Assembly (NCBI RefSeq): GCF_963921235.1
Contig: NC_086108.1
Location: 79,610,001 to 79,674,000, forward strand
Length of the DNA stretch: 64,000 nt
Direction of reading: 5' to 3'
Origin: Mobula hypostoma
Lineage: Eukaryota
The notes below the pieces were generated by a model, which was given only the letters and a program-made list of their open reading frames with translations, did not search any database and was not told the origin of the DNA. Positions 38,790 to 51,360 of the stretch are shown here, piece after piece. Both the position numbers and the translations under genes were made by a program. Within the stretch, counting starts at the first letter, position 1, and the number at the start of each line of letters is the position of its first letter.

Positions 38790-41141
38790 ATTTCTCCCGA
38801 CTTCAACTCTCCTCCTCCTCCTGGACACCCCGCCCTGGTCTTCTGCCTGGTCTGGACCTTTTCATTGCCAACCATCTTGACTTCAACACTCCTCTCTCCA
38901 GTTCCAACCTCACCCATTCCAAATGCTCTGCTCTCCACTGCCCCCGCACTAATCCTAACCTCACCATCAAACCTGCAGATAAAGGGTGTGCTCTAGTGGT
39001 CTAGTGAATTGACCTCTACCTTGCTGAGGCCCAGTGACAACTCTCAGATACCTCCTCTTACGTACCCCTTGAACAGGATCCCATGAAAGATCATCAAGCT
39101 ATTGCCTCCCACACCATCACTGACCTTATTGACTTTGGGGATCTCCCAACCACTGCCACCAACCTCGTAACTGTTGTACCCCACACCTCCAGTTTCTACC
39201 TCCCACCCAAGATCCACAACCCGCTTGTTCAGGTAGACCCATTGTTTCAGCTTGTTTCTGCCCCACTGAACTCATATCTGCTACCTCGACTCTGTTTTAT
39301 CCTCTGTAGTTCAGTCCCTCCCTACCTACATCCATGAAACTTCACACACTTCGGATCTTTTCAACGATCTCAAGTTCCTTGACCCCCATCATCTTATTTT
39401 CACTATGGTTGTCCAGTCCCTACCTCCACCCCCCAACAGGGAGGCCTCAGAGCTCTCCATTTTTTTCTGGACACCAGACCCAAACAGTTCCCCTCCACCA
39501 CTGCTCTCCTCCATCTAGCAGAACTTTTCTTCAGTCTTAATAATTTCTCCTTTGGCTCCCCCCACTCCTTTCAAACAACTGGTGTGTCATTTTTGTCAGA
39601 TACGTGGAACAGTCTATGTTCCAAGCCTACACTGGTGTCTGTCCCCCACTTTTCCTACGCTACATCGACGACTGTGTTGGTGCTGCTTCCTGCACCCGTG
39701 TCGAGCTTGTCGACATCATCAACTTTGCCTCCAACTTCCACCCTGCCCTCAAATTTACCTGGTCCTTTTCCATCACCTCCCTCCACTTTCTCAATCTCAC
39801 TGTCTGTATCTCTGGAGCCAGCTTATCTACTGATGTCTATTATAGATCCATGGACTCTCACAGCTACCCAGACTATACCTCTTCCCACCTTGTTACTTGT
39901 AAAAACACCACCCGCTTCTCTCAATTCCTCCATCTCTGCTGCATCTGCTCTCAGGATGAGGCTTTTCATTCTAGAACAAAGGAGATGTCCTCCTTTTTCA
40001 AAGAAAGGAACGTCCTTTCCTCCACCATCAGTGCTGCCTTCAACTGCATCTCTTCCATTTCACGTACACCTGCTCTCGCCCCATCCTCCTGCCAGCCTAC
40101 CAGGGATGAGGTTCCTCTTGTCCTCACCTACCACCCCACCAGACTCTGTGTCCAGTACACGATTCTCCGCAACTTCTGCCATCTCTCTCCAATGGGACCC
40201 CACCACCAAGTACATCTTTACTTCCCCCTACTTTCTGCTTTCTGCAGGGTCACTCCCTACATAACTCCCTTGTCCATTCATCCCTCCCCACTGATCTCCC
40301 TCCTGACACTTATCCTTGCAAGCGGAACAAGTGCTACACCTGCCCCTACACCTCCTCCCTCACTACCATTTCAGGGCCCCAGATAGTTCTTCCAGCCGAG
40401 GCGACACCTCACCTGTGAGTCTGTTGGGGTCATGTACTGTGTTCAGTGCACTTGGTGTGGCCTCCTGTATATCGGTGAGACCCGACGTAGATTAGGAGAC
40501 TGCTTCGCTGAGCACCTACGGTCCAGCCAGAAGAAGTGGGATCTCCCAGTGGCCACCCATTTTAATTTAACTTTCCATTCCCATTCTGACATGTCCATGG
40601 CCTTCTCTACTGTTGCAGTGAGGCCAAACTCAGGCTGGAGGAACAACACCATATATTCTGTCTGGGTAGCCTCCAACCTGATAGAATCAACATCGATTTC
40701 TCAAACTTCTGGTAATGACCACCCCATCCCACCCTTCACCTTTCCCCATTCCCTTTTCCCTCTCTCACCTTATTTTCTTGCCTGTCTATCGCCTCGCCTA
40801 CCTCTGGTGCTCCTCCCCCATTTCCTTTCTTCCATGGCCTTCTGTGCTCACCTATCAGACTCCCTCTTCTCCAGCCCTGTATCTCTTTCACTGATCAACT
40901 TCCCAGCTATTTACTTCATCCCTCCCCCTCCCAGTTTCACCTATCACCTTGTGTTTCTCTCTTCCCTCCCCTACCTTTAAAAATCTACCCCTCATCCGTT
41001 TTTCTCCAGTCCTGCCGAAGGGTCTCGGCCTGAAACGTCGACGGTACCTTTTTCCAGGGATGCTGCCTGGCCTGCTGAGTTCCTCTAGCATTTTGTGTGT
41101 GTTGCTCGGATTTCCAGCATCTGCAGATTTTCTCCTGTTTG
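38790..41141 (+). mobile_element. Penelope-like element (RT + GIY-YIG endonuclease), degenerate
   Basis: FYLPPKIH, FLRYIDDC, NFHPALKFTWS, STDVYY..DSHSY, VMYCVQCTWCGLLYIGETRRRLGDCFAEHL; pyrimidine-rich 3' UTR with hammerhead-like motif at 41008-41044. Confidence 0.92.
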
Positions 41142-41189
41142 AGAAATAGACATAACAGCGTTTGTGCAAGGTGAAGGAAATATCACCAG

Positions 41190-41575
41190 ATTCTAGAATT
41201 AGAGTTCTTTGGAGTTTCTGGCATTGGGGAAAAAGCTGTTGTTGAACTTTGAGATGTGGGTCTTTAGACTTCTGTACCTCTTGCCTCGTGCCAGCAGCGA
41301 GAAGAGGTTATAGTCCTGATGCTGGGGGTCATTAATGATGGATGTTACCTTCCTGTGATGATGCCTCTTGTACAGTAGATGTTCTCAATGGTGAAGAGGG
41401 TTCTAACTGTGATGGAACCACAATGTTTTTGTAGCTGCTTGCATTCCTGTGCATTGCAGTTTCCATACCAGGCTGTGATTCAACCAGTCACAATGCTTTT
41501 CATTGAATATGTGTAGAAGTTTGTCAAGATCATCAATGACATACCGGATCTCCTTAAACTTCTAATAATATAGAG
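41190..41575 (-). mobile_element. Rex1/Babar-like fragment
   Basis: LRRSGMSLMILTNFYTYSMKSIVTG...WYG and RYRSLKT remnants on the minus strand. Confidence 0.7.
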
Positions 41576-41599
41576 ATGCTGGGATGTAGGAGAGCAATT

Positions 41600-43250
41600 A
41601 AGAAAGAAATTGAGGATAAAAAAGGACGTGAGATATCCTTGGCATACATTTGGAGGAAATCGTAAAATATTCTGTGGATATATTAAGAACAAAATGATAA
41701 ACCAGGGACAGAATGGATCCCTTTAAGGATTTGTGTCATCACTAATGTGTGGAGCCATTGAAGACAGGCAAGGTCTTGAATGAATACTTCTCATCTGTAT
41801 TTACCATGGAGAAGGTTATAGCTGCTAGGGAATTCAGGGAAGAGACAGCGATGTCTGGAAATACATAGATATTACAAAAAAAGGTGTTGGCAGACTTGAA
41901 TCATACATAAAAGTGGATATCTCCCTGGGGCTTGGCCAAATGTATACTAAATGCTGTGGGAAACAAAGGAAGAAATCGCTGTAGTCCTGCCAGAGATATG
42001 TATCTTTATTAGCTACGGCTGAGATACTGAATGACTGGAGGCTCGCCTAATGTTGTGCCTTCATTTGAGAAGGGCTGTGAGGACAGATCATGAAACTTGC
42101 AGGGTGGTGAGCCTGACATCAGTGAAGTGAAAGTCAGCGGCGGGGATTTTGGGAGATGGGATCTATCTGCATTTGGCACGGCAAGGATTGATTAAAGATA
42201 GCGTGGCTTTGTGCCTTGTTGTCTCACAAACTTGACTGACTATTTTTGAAGAGCTGACCAAAAGAAGGATGGTAGATATTGTCTACATACGTTTTAGCAA
42301 AGCTTTGTACTAGTTCCCACATGGCTGACCCTGATGGCGAGAGCCCGCCCATTGAGGATAACATTAACTAGGTGGGAGGTTAGGGGTGTTTTTTCAGACT
42401 GGAGACTAGTGACCACAGATGTGCAAAGGGATCAGTGCTGGTTCCTGTCCAGTCTGTCATGTACAGTAAAATCTTGATGAGAATGTAATTATTTTACTAT
42501 CACCACATGTACCGAGATGCAGTGGAAAAATGTGGTATGATTAGTAAGCTTGTGGTTAACTCCAAAATTGGTTTGTGGTGAACAGTAAAGAAGGTTGTCT
42601 AAGGTTGCATTAAGAAAAAAGGGCAAAAAAAATGGCATATGGAATTCAGAAGTTGAACCAGAGCAGGATATACGCATTGAAGAACAGGGCCCTAGCACAG
42701 AGACACCCAGGAGTACAAGTACATAGTTCCCTAAAGGTGGCAAGACGGATATACAAAGCAGTAAAAAAGGTGTATTGCCTTCATCAGGTGGGACATTGAG
42801 TAGGGACTGTGCAAGAGCAGTAAGCTGTACAAGACAGTAGCATGACAACACTTGAGGTTTTATGTTGTCTCAGAAAGATATGATTTATTTAGGGAGGGTG
42901 CAGGAAAGATTCACAAGAATGTTGCTGGGATTGGAGAACTTGAGTTATGAGGGGAGTCTGGATAGGCAGGTACTGTTTTCCCTGGAGTGAAGGAGGTTAA
43001 AGGGCGACTTTATAGAATTTTAAGATCATGAAGAGCAGAGGTAAGGTGGATGGATACAATCTCTGTCCAGTGTAGTGGAGTCTAAAGCTAAAGGGAATAA
43101 ACTTCAAATAGGAACTGACGGGCAAGTTTTCCATACCAAGGTTGCTGGGTAAAAGGAACGAGCTGCCAGAGGAAGTGGTAGAGGTGGGTACAATTACAAT
43201 GTTCAAAAGATATTTAGACAGGTTCATGGGTAGGAAAGGTTTAAAGACAT
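41600..43250 (+). mobile_element. Old, heavily decayed CR1 ORF2
   Basis: LNEYFSSVFT, DWR.ANVVP, GSVL, RVQERFTRML, RNELPEEVV remnants with many indels. Confidence 0.78.
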
Positions 43251-43254
43251 ATCA

Positions 43255-43780
43255 TGTCAAGTTTATTGTCATTTAACTATATATATATATATATATATAT
43301 CTTCAAACGGGACAATGTTTCTCTGGACCAGGGTGTATAGCACAGTAGTACTCATATAACACATAATAACTTAGGAAAGTAAGGATAAAAGCTAGAGTTG
43401 AATTATGCATAAGTAAAGTAAGTGCATAAATTAAATATTGCAAGACACAGAACAGATTAACCGGTGACGCTTCAAGTGTGATGTGCCAGGGAGTTCAGAA
43501 GCCTGATGGCCCGAGGGGAGAAACTGTTTCCCATCCTGCCTGTTCTTGTTTTTATGCATCAGGGTCTCCTGCCTGATGGTAGAAAGTCAAAGAGAATACT
43601 AGGTTGGATGGGTGGGATCCTTGATAATACAAGGGGCCCTGTGTACACAGCACTCTCAATAAATGTTCCCAATAAATGGCAGGGAGACCCCTATGATCCT
43701 CTCAGCCGTTCTCACTGTCCTTTGCAGGGACTTCCAGTCCGATGCTCAGCTGCTCCCATGCCAGATGGAGATGCAGCCAA
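43255..43780 (-). mobile_element. Rex1/Babar-like 3' fragment containing a (TA)n run
   Basis: Minus strand DPTHP...FDFLPSGRRP..IKTRTGRMGNSFSPRAIRLLN; AATAAAC tail; (TA)n at 43277-43300. Confidence 0.72.
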
Positions 43781-44936
43781 ATGGGTCAAGGTCAGGAAGG
43801 CACCATAGTTGGCGAAGATAAGTTGGGCCAAAGGGTCCAGTTCTGTTTTCTATGACGGTGGTGGAATGAATTTCAAATGAAGAGTCCAATGCACTGAGCT
43901 CTCTATATAGCACATTCACATTGACCAGGAGCAAATTCCTTGTTAAAACTGTTTATTGCTTCCACAGTGTAAGTGACTTACAACGTAGCCAATACAGTTC
44001 TATATGTGTCTGCACACAGATCCGCTTCAGGAAATTCTTGACAGGTGATAGGTTTTGCATTTTACAATGAACAGCATCCAAATCCTTTTCAATAAACAGA
44101 AAGGATTAGGTTTTGCATCTCAATCATGAAAGTTAATATGCAAATCAATTACAGTTTAGACATTGCCAGAACCACACATCTGATGAAAGACCAACTGAAT
44201 ATGTAATGACAGATGATCTACAATCTTTTTATTGCATATTGCAATCCCAATTTGCTTTAGGTGCAGGAGAGAGGAAGAGTACATTGTCCCTGCCACCCAT
44301 CCTCCCGCATGACAGCAATATTATAATGAAGGCAACTTAACACAATGTTCACTGCTTTGCATTCTGCCTCATCTACATAATGAAAATTAGTGATACCGTG
44401 ATTGGCGATTATACCTGGCAGCAGATGGCACATGAAAAGGCCTGTGGATTTTACACCACTTTAGGCTGTGAGTAGGATGGGACTGGTATGCAGCTCTTCT
44501 CCAGGCAGATTGAGTTGTTGTGCTCAGTCCTTACCAGAGCATTTCACTTGCTGTTTGAAGAAAACCTGATTGTGGAGTTGTTACCAATCCAGTCATTGTG
44601 CTTTAAAACTCTTGACAAAAGTGGAAAAGTGAAGACAAAGAAAATTTCACTGGAGGCATAATTTTAAAAGAATTCAGTTCTATTAAGAGGTTTCTCTCTG
44701 CTCTGTTTGTACCTTATACCTGATTGCTTCAGTCAACCCTGTTATAATGTGGGCAGGTATATGTAATCATGGCTGGAAAGTAATTTCAGAGTGGCCAATA
44801 CAATGAGGGATTAAACAAAATTGTATTCATTTTTAGTTATTTCTGGATCCCATTCATGGAGGCATTTATTACCCATCCATAATTTTTCTTGAAGCTGTTG
44901 AATCAAATTCTTGGAAATTTTCGCTCTTCCTGGTGG

Positions 44937-45127
44937 CAAGCAACACATACAAAATGCTGGAAGAATTCAACAAATCAGGCAGCATCTACGGAAAGGAACA
45001 AACAGACATTTTTTGACGAGACCCTCCATCAGGATTGGGAAGAAAGGGGGCAGAAGCTAGCATAAGAAGGTGGGGGAGTGGGGAAGGAGTACAATCTGGC
45101 GGGTGATAGGTGAGACCAGGTGAGGGC
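44937..45127 (-). mobile_element. Penelope-derived terminal fragment
   Basis: CAAGCAACACATACAAAATGCTGG...TCAGGCAGCATCT...GAGACCCTCCATCAGGA; hammerhead core decayed. Confidence 0.75.
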
Positions 45128-45866
45128 AAAACATTTCCAATGCTATTGAGTAGGAATTTCCAGGGCCTAGCACCGGCAGTAATGAAGGAACATCATTGTT
45201 TGGTCTAAGTGGGACTTAAATGGGAACTTGCAGGTAGTGATGTTCCAGTGACATAGAAATTTAGGAGAGAGTGCAGAGAAGATTTACCAGAATGCTGCCT
45301 GGATTAGAGAATATGTCTTATGAGGATGGGTTCAGTGAGCTAGGGCTTTTCCCTTTAGAATGAAGGAGAATGAGAGGTGATTTAATAGAGGTTTTTCAGA
45401 TGATAAGCATTTGATGGCTCTGGGCCTGTATTCACTAGAATTCAGAAGAATGAGGAGTAACCTCATTGAAACCTATTGAATTATGAAAGGCCTTGAGAGA
45501 GTGGATGTGGAGAGGATGTTTCCTATGGTGGGAGAGTCTAAGACCGGAGGATGCAACCTCCTAAAAGACGAGCATCCTTTTGGAACGGGGATGAGGAAGA
45601 ATTTCTTAGCCAGAGAGTGGTGAATCTGTGGAATTCTTTGCCATAAGCAGCTGTGGAGGCCAAGTCTTTATGAATATTTCAGGCAGAGTTCATACATTCT
45701 TGATTGGTCAGGGTATGAAGGGATATGGGGAGAAGGCAGGAGATTCAGGCAGAGAGGAAAATTGGATCAGCCATGATGAAATGGTGGATCAGACCCGAAT
45801 GGCCAAATAGCCTAATTCTGCTCCTATATCTATGGTCTTATAAGCGGTAGACAGAGTGGACAGCAA

Positions 45867-46027
45867 ACTCGAGGAAATCTGCAGATGCTGGAATTTCAAG
45901 CAACACACATCAAAGTTGCTGGTGAATGCAGCAGGTCAGGCAACATCTCTAGGAAGAGGTACAGTCGACGTTTCAGGCCGAGACCCTTCGTCAGGACTAA
46001 CTGAAAGAAGAGCTAGTAAGAGATTAC
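45867..46027 (-). mobile_element. 161-bp Penelope-derived SINE-like insert
   Basis: Exact 10-bp TSD TGGACAGCAA (45857-45866, 46028-46037); consists only of the PLE 3' terminal segment. Confidence 0.88.
45963..45998 (-). ncRNA. Minimal type I hammerhead ribozyme motif
   Basis: Minus strand AGTC-CTGACGA-AGGGTCTCGGCCT-GAAA-CGTC-GACT: helix I AGTC/GACT, intact CUGANGA and GAAA boxes, short helix II, palindromic ACGT in place of helix III, GUC triplet. Activity untested. Confidence 0.75.
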
Positions 46028-46479
46028 TGGACAGCAAGAGGCTTTTTTATCCAGGGTGGAAATGACTAAAACAAGGAGGATGGCTTAATTTTAAGGTGAT
46101 GAGAATAAGGTATAGGGGACATCAGACAAGATGTTTTGACACAGAGGGTGGTGGTAGAGGCAGATACATGAGGGACATTTAAGAGACTCATAGATAGGCA
46201 CATGGTTGAAAGAAAAATGGAGGTCTATGTGGGAAGGAATGGTTAGATTAATCTTGGAGTAGGTTCAAAAGTTGGCACAACATTGTGGGCCAAAGGGTCT
46301 GTATTGTGTTATGTTGTTCTATATTCTGCGTTCTTGTGCATCAGCTGCGCTCAATTTTTCGTGATAGAGGTGGTGGCTTTGGAGATGCTGTCAGAGTGGC
46401 ATAGGTTCATTTTATTTTGGTACATTGAGCTTTGACCAGCGACAAATCTGGTCATCAGAAATTTGAGAGGGAGGGATTT

Positions 46480-49400
46480 CACTCAGGTCCGCTGCCCGAG
46501 AAGAAAAAGGCAGCAGCAGATCGCAACAGTGTAATTGAGTTCTGACCAGTGACCAATCCACGTCTGGGACTGATCAGCAAGAGCAAATTAAAGGAAGGCA
46601 GGGGCAGGCGCAGCGGCCGTAGTCTGAGTAGACAGAGTCAGAGTGGTGATCTTGAGGCTTTAGCTCGTCGAAGCTTCAATGAAGAGAGACCATAAGACAT
46701 AAGAGCAGAGTTAGGCCATTCAACCAATCAAGTCTGCTCTGCCGTTCTATCATGGCTGATCCTAGATCCCACTCAACCCCCATGCACCTGACTTTTCGCC
46801 ATATCCTTTCATACCCTGACTGATCAGGAAACGATCAACTTCCACCTTAAATATACCCATGGACTTGGCCTCCTCTGCACTCTGTGGCAAGCATTCCACA
46901 GATTTACTACTCTCTGGATAAAAAAATTCCTCTTACCTCTGTTATAAAGGGTTGCCCCTCAATTCTGAGGCTGTACCCTCTAGTTTTGGATACCCCCACC
47001 AGAGGAAACATCCTCTCCACATCCATCCTATCTAGTCCTTTCAACATTCAGTAGGTTTCAATGAAATTCCCCGCATTCTTCTAAATTCCAGTGAGTACAG
47101 GCCCAAAGCTGTCAAATGCTTCTCATATGTTAACCTCTTCATTCCCAGAATCCTTGTGAACCGCCTCTGGGCTCTCTCCAATGACAACACATCCTTTCTG
47201 AGCTATGGGGCCCAAAACTGTTGACAATATTCCATGTGTGGCCTGACATGTCTTATAAAGGCCCAATGTTATCTCCTTGCTTCTATGTTATATTCCCCTT
47301 AAAATAAATGTCAGCACTGCATTTGCCTTCTTTACCACAGACTCACCCTGTAAATTAACCTTCTGAGCGTCTTGCATGAGAACTCCTAAGTCCCTCTGCA
47401 CCTCTGATGTTTGAACCTTCTCCTCATTTCGATAATATTCCGCACTATTGTTCCTTTTACCAAAATGCATTATCGTACATTTCCCAAAACTATATTCCAT
47501 CTGCCACTTTTTTGCCCATTCTTCCAACTTGACTAAGTCCTGCTGCAATCACATTGCTTCCTCAGCACTTCCTACCCCTCCACTTATCTTTGCCACAAAT
47601 CCATCAATTCCATTATCCAAGTCATTGACAAACAATGTGAAAAGTAGCGAAGAGGCTTCATTCAGAGAATGCCAAAAAAAGAGAAAAGCTCTAGGTTAAG
47701 TTTTTTTCCCCCTTCCTTTCTTTATATCTGCTCAGTTAGGACAGTAGAGATGCTAGGCAGGGTAGATAAATGTTCCTCTTGCGGGATGTGAGAAGGCAGT
47801 GAGACCTCCAGTGTCCCTGGCAACTACATCTGAGAGAAGTGCATCTAGCTGCAGCTTCTAACAATCTGCATTAAGAAGTTGGAGCTGGAACTGGATGAAC
47901 TCCAGATCATTCTGAGGGGGTGATAGATAGGACAGATAGAGAGGTAGTTGCACCCAAGGTGCAGGGCACAGGCCACAGGGTGACAGTCAGGAAGGGGAAA
48001 GGGGTTAAGGAGCCAGTGCAGAGTAGTTTTGTGGCCATCCCCCTCATCAACAGGTATATCACTTTAGATACTGTTGGAGGAGGGCAATGACCTAACAGAG
48101 GAAAGTCACAGTGGTCAGGTCTCTGGCACTGAGTCTGGCTTTGAGACTCAGAAGGGAAGGGGGTGAAAAGGCACGCTGTGGTGATAGGGGATTCATTAGT
48201 TAGGGGAATGGACAGGATGTGGGTGAGAGCGGGATTCCTGGATGGTACATTGCCTCCCAAGTGCCAGGGTCCAGGACATCTCAGATCAGGTCTTCAGCAT
48301 TCTTAAATGGGATGGTGAACAACCTGAGGTCATGGTCTATGTAGCTATCAATGACATTGGTAGGACGAGTGATGAGGTTCTACATAGGGTGTTGAAGGAA
48401 TTGGGTGCTAAGTTAAAGGGCACGACCTCCAGGGTTGTGATCTCAGGATTGTTACCTCGGCCACGTGCTAGTGAGGCCAGAAATAGGAACATTATACAGT
48501 TTAACACATGGCTAAGTAGTTGGTATAGGAGAGAGGGAGTAAGATTTTTGGATCATTGGGCTGTCTTCCAGGGAAGGTGAGACCTGTACTGAAGAGAGAA
48601 CTTGCATCTGAACTAGAGTGGGACTAATATCCTAGTGGGGAAGGTTTGGTAATGCTGTGTGTGTGTGTGTGTGTGTGGGGGGGTTTAAACCAGAGCTGCA
48701 GGGGGATGGGAACCATAGTCCCAGAACAGGTCGTGGAGAGGTCGTAGAGGTAGATGCTGATAAGACTTTAGACAATGTCAGGAATCAAAAAGCTGGGCTG
48801 AGCGGCATATATTTCGGTGCAACAAGTATTATAGTAAAGACGGATAAGCTCAGGGCATGGATCAACACCGGGAATTATGATATTGTAGCCATTAGTGAGA
48901 CGGTTGCAGGACTGGCAGCTCAATATTCCGGTGTTCCGTTGTTGTAGATGTGACAGAGTGAGAGGAATTAAAGGAGGAGGAGTGGCATTGCTAATCAAGG
49001 AAATTGTCACGCCAGTTCTCCATAAGGACAAATCGGAGAACTTGGTTAATGAGGTGTTATGGGGGGAACTGAGAAATAAGAAAGGTATGACCACATTATG
49101 GGACTATATTACAGCCCACCGAACAGCCCTAGGGATTTAGAGGAACAAATTTGTAAATGGATCGCAGACTGTTGCAAGAAACTTAAGGTTGATATAGTAG
49201 GTGATTTTAACTTTCCACATATTGACTGGGAATCACATACTGTAAAAGGACTAGATGGAATAGAGCTTGTCAAATATGTTTCCTTCATCAGTACGTACAA
49301 AGCCCAATGGGGTACTGGATCTGCTATTAGGCAATGAGACAGAACAGGTGAAAGAAATTTGTGTTGAGGAACACTTTGCATCCAGAGACCACAATGCCAC

Positions 49401-50297
49401 TGGTTTCAAAGTAAATATGCAAAAAGATAGGTCTGGTCTGCGGATTGAGATTCTAAATTGGAGAAAGACCAGTTTTGATGGTATCAGAAATGATGTGGCA
49501 AGTGTGGATTGGGACAGGCTGCTTTCTGGCAAAGATGTATTTGAAAAGTGGGAGGCTTTGAAAAACAAAATTCTGAGAGTACAAACCTTGTATGTGCCTG
49601 TCAGAGTAAATGGTAAAGATAACAAATGTAGGGAACCTTGATTTTCAGGAGATATTGAGGTCCTGGTTAAGACAAAAAAAAAAAGAGGTGCATAGCAGGT
49701 ATAGGAAAGTAGAGTAGGAACAAATACGGTGCCTATAGAGTACAAGAAATGCAAGAAAATGCTTAAGAAAGACATCAGGATGGCTAAAAGAAGGCATGAA
49801 GTTGCTCTAGCAGACAAAGTGAAGGAGAATCCTAAAGGATTCTATAGCTATATTATGAGCAAAAGGATTGCAAGGAACAAAATTGGCCCTCTGGAAGACC
49901 AATATGTAGAGCCAAAACAGATGCGGGAGATCTCAAATACAATTTTTGCATCTGTATTTACTTGGGAGATGGACACAGAGTCTATAGAAGTGAGGCAAAA
50001 AGGTATCAACTTTGTGGACCCTGTACAGATTAGAGGAGGTGATGTATACTATCCTGAGGAAAATGTGGGTGGATAAATTAGGGCCTGACAAGGTGTTCCC
50101 TCAGGTATCCATCTCCTGAGCAAGTGCAGAAATTGCTGGGCCCCTAGCAGAGATATTTAAAACTTCCTTAGTGACAGGAGAGGTACCAGAAGATTGGAGG
50201 ATAGCCAGTGTTGTTCCATTGTTTAAAAAAGGTTCCAAACAGAAACCAGGAAATTATAGGCTGGTGATTCTGATATCAGTTGTGGGAAAGTTATTGG
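46480..50297 (+). mobile_element. CR1 LINE 5' portion (5' UTR, ORF1 Cys motif/zipper + SGNH esterase, ORF2 endonuclease), degenerate, RT truncated
   Basis: CSSCGM...KC..LQLL..LELELDEL, VVIGDSLVRG, CLPSARV, VAINDIG, VVISGLLP; EN motifs YDIVAISET, GGGVALL, GDFNFP, LDLLLGN; ends at KPGNYRLV..SVVGKLL. Confidence 0.88.
46687..47648 (-). mobile_element. 5'-truncated CR1 inserted in the 5' UTR of another CR1
   Basis: AGACCATAAGACATAAG tail; QQDLVKLEEWAKKWQM; TSD GAAGAG at 46681-46686 and 47649-47654. Confidence 0.87.
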
Positions 50298-50570
50298 GTG
50301 GTCTACAAGAAACACCCAGTAGAATTATTGACCCCTTCCTATTCCTAACTACTACCCACAGAGACTCTGTAGACAACCCCTCCATGACTTCCTCCTTTTC
50401 TGCAGCTGTGACACTATCTCTGATCAACAGTGCCACACCCCCACCTCTTTTGCTCCCTTTCTGAAACATTTAAAGCCTGGCACTTGAAGTAGCCATTCCT
50501 GACCCTGCACCATCCAAGTCTCTGTAATGGCCACAACATCATAGCTCCAAGTGCTGATCCACGCTCTAAT
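50298..50570 (-). mobile_element. CR1 endonuclease fragment, same family as 1710-5212
   Basis: GGGVALLIRDSVTAAEKEEVMEGLSTESLWV closely matches 4122-4427. Confidence 0.85.
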
Positions 50571-50619
50571 GCCTTCAACTAATCTTCAATTATGCCTTCT
50601 ACTATCCTTTTGGTCTTGA

Positions 50620-51360
50620 TTGTGATTCAGAAACTGTTGGAACATGTAACATGCAGTTTGGAGTTTGAACGAATGATCTAGTGCTCTTCCGTCCCTGCAA
50701 AGGACTGGGAGGTGCCTCGTGGGGAGGACCAGAGACGGGGTGCAGGGCCATGATCAACTCCATTTTGAAACGTCAAGGAAGACTAAAGCACTGAGGTGAT
50801 TTTGGAGGAGCTCAGCGGTCGCTCTCCACAAGGGCCATGGAATTGTACATACATAATGGGTTGGTAGCCAGGTTGATAGCATGGTGGCTGCTCTTCACAG
50901 AAGGACTGTGTTTGATTCTGATAGCAGGATGTTTGTGAATTTCTAAGATTTATGTGATTATTGTACTGTAGTTCATATTGCTCTCCTTCAGTTTTTCTGT
51001 TTTCTTTCTTGTTGCTGATTGGCGGGGTGGGGTTCAGGGTCGCCAAAATGTTAGTTTTTGTGAGAGAGAAGGATTGGGGATTTGTGGTCTGATATCTTTG
51101 TTGGATTTTCTGTGCGGCGGTCTGATAGTTTTGTGTATGGGAGAGTGGCTGGGGGTTTGATGCTATTGTTGCTGTGTTTTTGCGAGGGAGGGAGTTGGAG
51201 GGTCGGGCTTTGTGAATTTTGTTTCTCTTTCCTTTACCTGCAAGGAGGAGATTGATTTCTCTTTTCTGTACTTCATGGTTATCTGGAGAAGACAAATATC
51301 AGAGTTGTATTGTACCATGTATACTTTGACAATTAAAATAAATTTTTGAATCTTTGAATC
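50620..51360 (+). mobile_element. Unclassified non-LTR element 3' region
   Basis: GT-rich tract ending TACTTTGACAATTAAAATAAA followed by a TTTGAATCTTTGAATC tandem tail. Confidence 0.45.

Larger units (their letters stand above)
45255..46330 (+). mobile_element. CR1 3' fragment hosting a second CR1 3' end (45409-45839) and a PLE-derived insert
   Basis: ERVQRRFTRMLPGL; inner CR1 flanked by TSD ATAAGC (45403-45408, 45840-45845); host resumes and ends in a TTCTAT-type tail. Confidence 0.85.

Noticed and set aside
39584..40264. 226-aa Ser/Pro/Thr-rich ORF
   Set aside because: Alternative frame of the C-rich Penelope RT region
44418..44431. CTCF-like motif GCAGCAGATGGCAC
   Set aside because: A single imperfect match in 64 kb is plausible by chance; not supportable without ChIP or conservation data
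50783..51295. 170-aa Gln/Asn/Thr-rich minus-strand ORF
   Set aside because: Antisense reading of a GT-rich repeat 3' region; low complexity with no motifs
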